Positions 21,179 through 32,000 of a DNA stretch of 32,000 bases are shown here, one piece after another. The position numbers and the translations under genes were made by a program. Numbering within the stretch: the first letter of the stretch is position 1; each line of letters begins with the position of its first letter. Source of the stretch: Deinococcus radiodurans R1 = ATCC 13939 = DSM 20539 (GTDB lineage Bacteria > Deinococcota > Deinococci > Deinococcales > Deinococcaceae); NCBI RefSeq assembly GCF_000008565.1, contig NC_001263.1, positions 825,776 to 857,775 of the forward strand. The letters are read 5' to 3'. The notes beneath the pieces are model-generated. The model saw only the letters and a program-made list of their open reading frames with translations. It made no database searches and had not been told where the DNA came from.

Positions 21179-22355
21179 GGTAGTTGGCTGGAACTATGCC
21201 CGACAGGAGACGCCCTGCGGCTGTGAGAGCCAGTCCCGCACCTTCCAGACGTGATCGGTCAGCCCGATGGTCATGGCCGGTGTGCGTTGGAGGTACAGCT
21301 GACGTCCCTTTGGGACGTCGAGCTTGCTCCGCAGACCCCGTTGAACTCGGCACCAGTTGTAGATCCCCTGCACCAGATGAGCCAGGCTCACCCGGTGAAT
21401 CCTCAGCCTCGCGAACGCGAGGCTTTTCCTCGCCAGGTGCGGGTTCATCCGCCGTGCCGTGGCATTCTGACGCTCCACAGCCGAGGTGTTGGGCTTGTGG
21501 TAGCCCAACCGCTGCAACTCCTCGTTCACGCGAACCTGAGTGCCGGCCGCGATCTCGGTGCGCACGTTTACGATGCGCTTCCCGGCATACTCCTTGATGA
21601 TCCGGACATGGGCTGCGGAACGCGGGATCCGGTAGGCGGTCTTCGGGAATCGACCACGCGATCCTTGTCTCGCAGGCCGATACGGCCTGCCGAACACTTC
21701 AGGGAACAACGTCTGGTACGACAGAAATCCATCGGTGAACAGCACGAGTCCATGCGGATCTGTCAGGCGTGCCCTGGCGTGCTTGAGGAGCGACTGGGTC
21801 AGGGCCGCGGTGCGCTCGCCGATCTCGCCCTGGATCAGGAACTTGCTGCTGGGATCGATGACGGTCGCGTCCCATACCGCCTCTTTCTTGCGCCCGACGA
21901 ATCCGTAGCGTTCGTCCGCTTGAATGCTCGTGACCTTCAGGTCACGAGCATTCAGGTCGTGGAGGTGTCGCGCGTGACTTCCGGCAACGCGGACGATCCG
22001 CGCGACCGTGGTGCGGTGACACCCGACCAGGTGGCCTGTGGTGACGAAGCTGTTGCCGTGGGTGACGTGCTCGACGACGGCGTCGACGGTGTCCTGTGAG
22101 CAGCGGGCATTCCAGTAGGGCGTGCCTTTGAGTTCACTGAATTCCGCACCGCATGCGGTGCACTTGAGGAGTCGTCGGCGGTGAGGGCCGTATCGTCTGC
22201 GGAGCTTGATGGTGCCGTGTTGCGCGTGATGCTGGGCTGGACAGGCGGGGTTCTGACAGACGAAACGCTCGAGTGGGAGCTCTGTTGACACGTCCGGGGA
22301 TAGGCCCCGGACGCTCCCATTTCAGTGGTGTCGGGCATAATTCCAGCCAACTACC
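21179..22355 (-). mobile_element. IS1-family insertion sequence (single-ORF type), 1177 bp, apparently intact
   Basis: The 27-bp terminal inverted repeat GGTAGTTGGCTGGAACTATGCCCGACA (21179-21205) matches the reverse complement of 22329-22355 with one mismatch. The element is flanked by an 8-bp direct repeat and encodes a full-length transposase. Confidence 0.9.
21194..22291 (-). CDS. IS1-family transposase (fused InsAB-like: zinc finger, HTH, DDE)
   Basis: The 365-aa ORF starts at GTG. IQADERYGFVGRK..GERT aligns with IS1 InsB CEMDEQWGYVGAK..GERT. TDGFLSY aligns with TDGWPLY, and VERQNATARRMNPHLARKSLAFAR aligns with [24 protein letters not shown]. The N-terminus has CxxxxC...CxxC. Confidence 0.9.
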   Translation of the reverse strand: MSTELPLERFVCQNPACPAQHHAQHGTIKLRRRYGPHRRRLLKCTACGAEFSELKGTPYWNARCSQDTVDAVVEHVTHGNSFVTTGHLVGCHRTTVARIVRVAGSHARHLHDLNARDLKVTSIQADERYGFVGRKKEAVWDATVIDPSSKFLIQGEIGERTAALTQSLLKHARARLTDPHGLVLFTDGFLSYQTLFPEVFGRPYRPARQGSRGRFPKTAYRIPRSAAHVRIIKEYAGKRIVNVRTEIAAGTQVRVNEELQRLGYHKPNTSAVERQNATARRMNPHLARKSLAFARLRIHRVSLAHLVQGIYNWCRVQRGLRSKLDVPKGRQLYLQRTPAMTIGLTDHVWKVRDWLSQPQGVSCRA

Positions 22356-22363
22356 TCCACTTG
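22356..22363. repeat. target-site duplication TCCACTTG, right copy
   Basis: Identical to 21171-21178. Confidence 0.85.
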
Positions 22364-22404
22364 TGCCCACCATGTCTTTTCTGCCCCTGACATCCCGGCT
22401 GCCG

Positions 22405-22410
22405 TACAAT
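22405..22410 (+). promoter_or_regulatory. -10 box TACAAT, 7 nt before the nurA ATG (leaderless-type)
   Basis: Sequence reads gccgTACAATcctccccATG. Confidence 0.45.
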
Positions 22411-22417
22411 CCTCCCC

Positions 22418-23463
22418 ATGCGTATTCGTCTGGACCCCTGGCCTATCGATACTTTTGAGGGGCAACTGACGCTGAAACCCTTTGCCGGACTGGTCTTCGA
22501 CGTGGAAACCGACCGCTGGGAGGCGATTCCCACCCTCGGCATCCCGGAGTCCGTGCGCGAGGTGCTGGTGGTGGACGGCAAACCCCGCATGGAGGCGCGG
22601 CTGCTGATGGACGACGACTCGGGCGAGCTGCACCTCGCGGCGTTTGGGGCGTATGTGGTGGGGGCCGTGAGCCTGTGTCCCCACGGCACGCGGCAGGCCG
22701 AGTTGCTCGACGTGCGGGCGCGCCGGGTGCTTGCCTACAGCTCGGACGCGCCGCTCGAACCTGCCCGCCTCAGCCCACGCAACCCACACACCGGGGTGCT
22801 GGACTACGAGCCGTATGCTTTTTCCGGGCGGCAGGTGGAAGGCCCGCGCGCCGCCGTGCAAAAGCTGATGCTGCAAGACGAGCAGAAACTCAGCCGCCAG
22901 CTCGCCTCACCCATCGCGTTGGAGGAAGGCGAAGCCGACGCCCTGCCCGAATCGCTGGTGCTGCAAGACGGCCCGGTGCGCCTCGGCGGGGGCGGCAGCG
23001 CGGTGGTGGGCTACGTCAAGACGCTGCACACCGACTATCTGGGTGCCGACCGCATCGGCCTGCTGAGCAGCCTGAAATGCGGCGAGCGCACGCCCATCCT
23101 GCGCTTCCGGGTGGGGGACCGGGGGGGCACCTTCAGCGAGGCCGAGGGCCGCGAGCAGCGCTTTACCTGGTACGTGCGGCTGTGCGACGCGCCGTTTTAC
23201 CAGCACCCGCTCGCCGGCATCATGCGGCTGGAAATGCACGCGCCGGAAGACAGTTCCTTCGTGCCCGCCGCCGTGCAGCAGATTGCCGACCTCTCGGGGG
23301 CGCTGCTAAGCAAGCTGGGCAGCAAGCTTCACAAGGACAGCCGCGCCCCGCAAAACCTGATTCCCACGGCGGCGCTCGAACAGGCGATGAACCGCAGCAT
23401 GGGCAACCTCGAACTCGTCACCCGGCGCATCCGCACCCACCTGGTGACGCAGGGGGTGGTGGC

Positions 23464-23467
<4 letters not shown>
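22418..23467 (+). CDS. nurA: NurA-like nuclease (RNase H-fold partner of HerA)
   Basis: The 349-aa ORF is translationally coupled (GTGA overlap) to a HerA-type ATPase gene. It has a VVDGK Asp motif. I recall the sequence and arrangement as the D. radiodurans NurA/HerA pair; confirm with an HMM search. Confidence 0.75.
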
Positions 23468-25320
<1,853 letters not shown>

Positions 25321-25338
25321 GAGAAGCGGACGATGCTG

Positions 25339-25385
25339 AGGTTCTGGAGGCGGCAACTTTCGGAGGATGCCTCCAGAACCTTTTG
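25339..25385 (+). terminator. strong rho-independent terminator after herA
   Basis: GGTTCTGGAGGC (25340-25351) pairs with GCCTCCAGAACC (25369-25380). This is a perfect 12-bp stem followed by TTTTG. Confidence 0.8.
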
Positions 25386-25389
25386 TCGC

Positions 25390-25395
25390 TACGCT
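25390..25395 (+). promoter_or_regulatory. -10 box TACGCT, 6 nt before ATG 25402 (leaderless-type)
   Basis: Sequence reads cgcTACGCTgtcgccATG. Confidence 0.4.
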
Positions 25396-25401
25396 GTCGC
25401 C

Positions 25402-25983
25402 ATGACCCGTTCTCGCCTGCTCACGGTCTGGGCTGCGCTGACCCTCCTGGCGGCACTTTCGCTGTGGGGCGTCACCTTTCTGGATCTGGCCATGGCGGGG
25501 CGCACTTGGACGGATGCCGGTCCCTGTCCTTATATGCCCGCCGACTCGGTGCGCTACGGCCTGAGCGGATTTCGTTTCTTCTGCGGGCACGAGGCCATTG
25601 GCGGCCTGCATCCGAGTTACCCCCTCGTCCTCATCACGCTGGCTCTCAATGCGCTTTTGCTGTGGCTGATGCGGGGCAAAGGCCCACAGGCACGGCAGAT
25701 GTTGCGGGTGAACCTCTGGACGCTGCTGCTCACGCTGGGGCTGGGTTGGCCGGTGCTGGCGGTGGGTGAGCGGGTAGAAAACAAATTCCTGGCGGGCGGC
25801 GACGTGCTGCGGGCGGAGGCTGGTCCGGCGCTGCTCCAGGCCGAACGCTGCGAGGTCCGGGAGACAGCAGGGCGCTGCACGCGGCAAAGTCGGCTTTGGT
25901 GGCCCAACCCAACGGCGTGGGGCCTCATCGGGCTGGCGCTGACCGGGGCGGCAGGCTGGCGGCGGGGGAAAGATGAACTTTAA
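25402..25983 (+). CDS. hypothetical integral membrane protein (about 4 TM, 193 aa)
   Basis: I prefer ATG 25402 over track start 25333, because the herA terminator hairpin lies between them. The product has hydrophobic helices and four Cys. T-ending codons are more frequent than in neighbouring genes. Confidence 0.6.
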   Translation: MTRSRLLTVWAALTLLAALSLWGVTFLDLAMAGRTWTDAGPCPYMPADSVRYGLSGFRFFCGHEAIGGLHPSYPLVLITLALNALLLWLMRGKGPQARQMLRVNLWTLLLTLGLGWPVLAVGERVENKFLAGGDVLRAEAGPALLQAERCEVRETAGRCTRQSRLWWPNPTAWGLIGLALTGAAGWRRGKDEL

Positions 25984-26512
25984 CGTCAAAACCCTGCTTT
26001 TTATTCTCGCTCCGGTTGTTCTCCTGCCGCTTTTGTTCGTGCTGGCCTATGTCTGGCAGGCGGGGCTGGACCTTCACAGTCCGGCCAATGCCCGTCGGTG
26101 GGTCAACGTGTGCGCCCGCAGCCGGGAAGACCTCTACTGCAAAGCGGCGGCGCGGGTGTTGCGCGGCACGTCTGGCCCCATCGTCTTTTTGCATCCCAAC
26201 AAGGGTGACCACGAAATAACCGCCGACCTCATTCGCTGGAAAGGCCACCCGCCGACCCGCGAAGAAGCGGAAGCGGTGGCCCGTGCCAATCTGTTTGCAG
26301 CTCCGCAGTTGCGTGAGGGGTGGGCGGCATCGCTGGACGGACAGCGGCGGCAAGTGAAGCTGAGCTTGCCGGAGAGTCGCCATCTGGGCCAAGTTGGACA
26401 GTTGCGCTTCGGTCTTCCGGCCAAATCAGCGGTGGAGGCGGCGCGGGAGGGGACAGTGTATCTGGTGACGGACCCGGCTCATCAGCGGGACTTTTTTCTG
26501 CCCGCTGAGTAG
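25973..26512 (+). CDS. hypothetical membrane-anchored protein (179 aa, single N-terminal TM)
   Basis: The ATG overlaps the previous ORF by 11 nt, with GGGGGA upstream. The N-terminus is LLFILAPVVLLPLLFVLAYVW. Confidence 0.6.
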   Translation: MNFNVKTLLFILAPVVLLPLLFVLAYVWQAGLDLHSPANARRWVNVCARSREDLYCKAAARVLRGTSGPIVFLHPNKGDHEITADLIRWKGHPPTREEAEAVARANLFAAPQLREGWAASLDGQRRQVKLSLPESRHLGQVGQLRFGLPAKSAVEAAREGTVYLVTDPAHQRDFFLPAE

Positions 26513-27915
26513 GCTTCTACGACCTCCCGAATCCTCCGCGCCCCTGCCTGTGCCTCCTTGACCGTCAGCCCGCCGTAGCCCAGCACCAGCGCGTTTTTTG
26601 GCGGTTCAGTGAAAGTGAAGGTCCGCAATGTCTCCACGTACACCCCGCGCTCGGCGAGTTCCTGCGCGACGGTCTCGGCGTCTAACGGCGGCGCGAGGTG
26701 TAGGCAAACATGCAGCCCGGCCTCAATGCCCCGCAGTGTGGCAAGGGGCGCGAGCGGGGAAAGTTCCGCCGTCAGAGCCTCCCGCACCTGCGCGTGCCAG
26801 CGCCGGGCGCGGCGGACATGGCGGTCCACCTCGCCGGAAGTCAGCAGGTGCAGCAGCGCGTGCTGAAGCGCCGGGGCGTGGCCCCCGTCGGTCAGGGCGC
26901 GCTCATGGCTCAGGGCGGCCAGCAGCGCCGGGGCCGCCACCACGAAGCCGGTTCTCAGCGCCGGACTCAGAACCTTGGAAAAGGTGCCGAGGTACACCAC
27001 CCGCCTCGCCGTGTCCAGGCTGGCGAGCGGAGGGAGTGGCGGCACGTCGTAGCGGAATTCGCCGTCGTAGTCGTCTTCCAGAATCAGCGCGCCCTGCCGC
27101 TCGGCCCAGGCCAGCAGCGCGAGGCGGCGCGGCAGGCTCAGGCGGCTGCCGAGGGGGAACTGGTGGCTGGGAGTGACGTAGACGGCGTGCGCGGGCGGCA
27201 GGTTGTCCACCACTGGCCCGTCCTCGTCCACCGGCAGCGGCACGAGGCGCAGTCCGGCCCCTTCCAGCACGGCGCGGCCCGCGCGGTAACCGGGGTTCTC
27301 AAACAGCACCGTCGCTCCCGCCGGCAGCACCGCCCGCGCCAGCAGGCCGAGGCTTTGCAGGGTGCCTGCCGTGAGCAGCAGCGTATCCGGTGTGGCCGCC
27401 AGCCCCCGCGAGCGCCCCACGAAGGCGGACACCGCCGCGCGCAGTTCGGGCAGGCCCGCCGCGTCCGCGTAACCGCCTCCCACCGGCTGCCGCGCCGCGT
27501 AGGCCCAAGCGCGTTTCCAGGCCTGCGCGTTCAGCATCGCCGCCGAGGTGACGCCCGTGCGGAAGTGAAGGCCGGGCCGCTCGTCGCTGTGCATGCCCGG
27601 GGAGGGCACACGCGGTGCAAACCACGCGGGCGACGGTGCGGCGGCCTGCGCCGTGCGCCCCACGCCCCGGCTGACCCGGGTGCCGCGCCCCACCTCGCCT
27701 TGCAGCGTGCCGTCGGCGGACAGCAGCGCGTAGGCGGCCTCCACCACGCCCCGCGTCACCCCGAGGTCACGGGCGAGCGTGCGCGTGCCCGGCAGCAGAC
27801 TTCCGGGAAGCAACTGCCCGGCCAGCGCCGCTTCGCGCAGTTGAGCGGCGAGTTGCAGGTGGATGGGCGAAGGGCCAGCGCGGTTGAGTGTTACGGCAAA
27901 AGGCAGGTCGGGCAT
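26482..27915 (-). CDS. MocR/PdxR-type regulator (GntR HTH fused to a PLP-dependent aminotransferase-like domain)
   Basis: It has an N-terminal GntR wHTH ([25 protein letters not shown]). The C-terminal fold-type I domain carries the PLP-lysine motif [13 protein letters not shown]. The start is ATG 27915 or 27930, inside track ORF 26482..28044. Confidence 0.88.
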
Positions 27916-28055
27916 GGGTGGCCCCCGCATTCTGTAAAAAAGTGGAGCTTTTGCCAAGCCGGTTTCCTCGCTACCTTGCCGTCGTGCCGCACAGCACTTC
28001 CTGTCCAAATCTTGAACCCCGCCCAGCAAATCCGCTGGCGACAAGGAGAACTACG

Positions 28056-28574
28056 ATGTCTGACCCCCGATATCCCATCGGCCCCGCGCCCGCCGTCCAG
28101 ACCCTCACGCACGAGCAGCGGCAGGAGCGGCTGGCCCACCTGGCAGCACTGCCAGAAGAATTTGAGGCGGCGTTTGCGGGCCTCAGCGACGCACAACTGG
28201 ACACGCCCTACCGCGAAGGCGGCTGGACCCTGCGCCAGCTCGCGCACCACGTTGCCGACAGTCACCTCAACGCCTATGTCCGCACCAAGCTGGCCCTGAC
28301 CGAGGACCGCCCGACCGTCAAAACCTACGAGGAAAACCTCTGGGCCGAGCTGCCCGATACGCGCGCCATCGCGCCGAGCCTCGACCTGTTGCGGGGCCTG
28401 CATCGGCGCTGGGTGGCCGTGCTGGAGAGCCTGACCCCTGAGCAGTGGGCGCGCGTCTTCGTTCACCCGGTCAGCGGTCCCAACACGCTCGACACCATGC
28501 TGGCCTACTACACCTGGCACGGCCAGCACCACACCGCCCACGCCCTGAACCTGAGACAGGAGCGCGGCTGGTGA
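28056..28574 (+). CDS. DinB/YfiT-family metal-dependent protein
   Basis: Start at ATG 28056 (AAGGAGAA at 28043-28050) inside track ORF 27888..28574. It has the DinB His triad context (LAHHVADSH ... WHGQHHTAH). Confidence 0.85.
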
Positions 28575-29158
28575 GCGACTTCTACGACCCCCGCGAGCGC
28601 GACCCGAGTGTCAGCCGTCGCCCACAAAATCGCCAGTCCGACGAGTGGATTCGGGAACTGCTGCTGCGCGGCACGATTGCCCGTGTCGCCACCCTCTGGC
28701 AGGGCGAGGACGGCGCGGCCTTTCCCTTCATCACGCCGCTGGCCTACGCTTACCGCCCCGAACAGGGCGACCTCGTGTACCACACCAACGTCGTGGGGCG
28801 GCTGCGGGCCAATGCGGGGCAAGGGCACCCGGCCACACTGGAAGTCTCCGAAATCGGCCAGTTTCTGCCGAGCAACTCGCCGCTCGAACTCAGCGTGCAG
28901 TACCGCAGCGTGATGGTCTTTGGCACGGCGCGGGTGCTGGCGGGCGAGGATGCGCGCGCGGCCCTCACCACCCTCTCCGAGCGGGTGTTCCCTGGTCTGA
29001 AAGTGGGGGAGACGACCCGGCCCATTTCCGAGGATGACCTCAAGCGCACCAGCGTTTATAGCCTGTCCATTGACCGCTGGAGCGGCAAGGAAAACTGGGC
29101 CGAGCAGGCGATTCAGGAGGAGGACTGGCCGGCGCTGGGGCCGGAGTGGCTGGGGTAA
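28571..29158 (+). CDS. pyridoxamine 5'-phosphate oxidase-like FMN-binding split-barrel protein
   Basis: GTG 28571 overlaps the DinB stop (GTGA). The product [11 protein letters not shown]...GTIARVATL...[10 protein letters not shown]...VYHTN has the typical PNPOx-like / Nim-like fold signature. Confidence 0.75.
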
Positions 29159-29186
29159 AGCCTTGCTGTTCCGAGGAGCCAGAGCC

Positions 29187-29221
29187 AAAAAAGCGGGCGG
29201 AGGATGAGTTCCCCCGCCCGC
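29187..29221 (-). terminator. rho-independent terminator after the transglutaminase-like gene
   Basis: GCGGGCGG (29193-29200) pairs with CCGCCCGC (29214-29221). On the minus strand it is followed by TTTTTT. Confidence 0.7.
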
Positions 29222-29236
29222 CTGCTCGCTCCGTCC

Positions 29237-30139
29237 TCAGAAAATGCGCGGGTTCGGCGCGATGTCCAGCGTGTTGTCGAAGTCCGTTTCGTCGGCCCAG
29301 ACTTTCATGTTGACCAGCTTGGCGCTGCCGAAGGAGGTGGTGAACGCCACGTCGGAAGCGTCGCGGCCCTGCGCGATCAGGACACGGCCCGTGCGGGGAA
29401 TGTTGTGGCGGGCGTCGAAGGTGCGCCACTCGCCGTCGATGAAGGCCTCGAACCAGGCGTGAAAGTCCATCGGGACGGGATCGGGCGGATAGTCGATGTC
29501 GGGCATGTACCCGCAGACATAGCGCGCCGGAATGTTGAGCGCCCGGCAAAACGCCACGCCCATATGCGCGAAGTCGCGGCACACCGCTCGCCCGCTGCCG
29601 AGGGCCTGCGACGCCGTGGTGGTCGAGTTGGAGCCGTAGCCGTACACGCAGGTGTCGAAGAGGTAGTCGCACACCGCCTGCACCTGCGCCCAGCCGCCCT
29701 GGACGTTGCCGAAGCGTTCCCAGGCCTCGGCGCTCACGAGGTCGCTGTCCACGTAGCGGCTCGGCAGCAGGTACTGAAGTACGTCGTCGGGCAGCTCCTC
29801 CACCATCATCTTGCGCAGGCCCGGCAACTGCGGGTCGGGGCGGCGCTCTATCTCGGCAATCAGGTCGTGCCCGATGGTGAACTCGCCCGGCTGCGCCACC
29901 GTGCGCCAGATGAGGTTGCCGTGGGTGTCGGTGTAGGTGTGGATGCCCTCGGCAGCGGCGAGCGGGCGCTGGTCGATGATGCGCTGGCGGGTGCCGGTGG
30001 GGGAGAGGCGGTCTTGCGGCTGAACGACAAAAATCATGGGCGTGGCGTAGGGCACGTCGAAGGTGAGCGAGAAGCCGGCCCGCACCCTCACGGGCTTTTC
30101 AAAAGGGGAATCCTGCCGGGGCGTGTTGGTCATTGTCAT
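29237..30139 (-). CDS. transglutaminase-like cysteine protease-fold protein
   Basis: 300-aa ORF with a Bact_transglu_N-like N-terminus and the core GRAVCRDFAH ... DFHAW ... D. Confidence 0.88.
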   Translation of the reverse strand: MTMTNTPRQDSPFEKPVRVRAGFSLTFDVPYATPMIFVVQPQDRLSPTGTRQRIIDQRPLAAAEGIHTYTDTHGNLIWRTVAQPGEFTIGHDLIAEIERRPDPQLPGLRKMMVEELPDDVLQYLLPSRYVDSDLVSAEAWERFGNVQGGWAQVQAVCDYLFDTCVYGYGSNSTTTASQALGSGRAVCRDFAHMGVAFCRALNIPARYVCGYMPDIDYPPDPVPMDFHAWFEAFIDGEWRTFDARHNIPRTGRVLIAQGRDASDVAFTTSFGSAKLVNMKVWADETDFDNTLDIAPNPRIF

Positions 30140-30272
30140 GGCACAGTTTGCCGCTTGTGGGGGCCCCGTAGGTGTGATGCCTATCCCACAGGGACGATTT
30201 TGTCTGGGTCGGGTCTGTTTGAGCCGGCTGCCTAACTGTTCATGCAGCCCCGCGCAGGACCTTGTGTCGGGC

Positions 30273-30278
30273 TAGCCT
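30273..30278 (+). promoter_or_regulatory. -10 box TAGCCT, 5 nt before ATG 30284
   Basis: Sequence reads ggcTAGCCTgccctATG. Confidence 0.35.
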
Positions 30279-30283
30279 GCCCT

Positions 30284-32000
<1,717 letters not shown>

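Noticed and set aside
22675-23463. N-terminal 263-codon extension of the herA reading frame (track ORF 22675..25320, 881 aa).
   Set aside because: It lies entirely over nurA in another frame with Arg/Ala/Pro-rich translation. HerA-like sequence begins only at GTG 23464, which overlaps the nurA stop in the usual coupled fashion.
25333-25401. Upstream ATG 25333 as the start of the membrane ORF downstream of herA.
   Set aside because: The segment between 25333 and 25402 is occupied by the perfect 12-bp-stem herA terminator plus U-run. ATG 25402 has a TACGCT box at the leaderless spacing.

Overview
High-GC bacterial chromosomal segment that reads like Deinococcus. From memory of the protein sequences, not from any search, I believe it is D. 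radiodurans chromosome 1 around recO, aceA and nurA-herA. I support about 34 protein-coding genes. They include a GntR / proline dehydrogenase / P5C dehydrogenase catabolic cluster, MgtC, recO, an esterase, an SDR and polyphosphate glucokinase. Further along are a futalosine-pathway amidohydrolase, rpmE, a DHH phosphoesterase, a HAD hydrolase, isocitrate lyase and a Kv-type K+ channel. The right half carries an HDAC-like protein, a Crp/Fnr regulator, nurA-herA, a MocR regulator divergent from DinB and PNPOx-like genes, a transglutaminase-like protein and a YyaL-like protein. The CDSs at both window edges are partial and absent from the ORF track. Non-coding content: one intact IS1-family element (27-bp terminal inverted repeats, 8-bp target duplication) inserted 55 bp upstream of nurA; three copies of a small MITE-like repeat family; several rho-independent terminators; and a pervasive leaderless-promoter signature (TANNNT 5-8 nt before the start codon), which I used to choose start codons. 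I saw no rRNA, tRNA or CRISPR array. The best candidate for a discrete system is the self-contained nurA-herA cassette, together with the IS beside it and two orphan membrane ORFs downstream. To my recollection nurA-herA itself has already been studied in this organism, so the open questions are its context and the details noted below. The most unexpected structural signal is a 34-bp perfect palindrome inside the IS transposase ORF. Many long ORFs in the track are antisense or shadow frames typical of high-GC DNA and are rejected.
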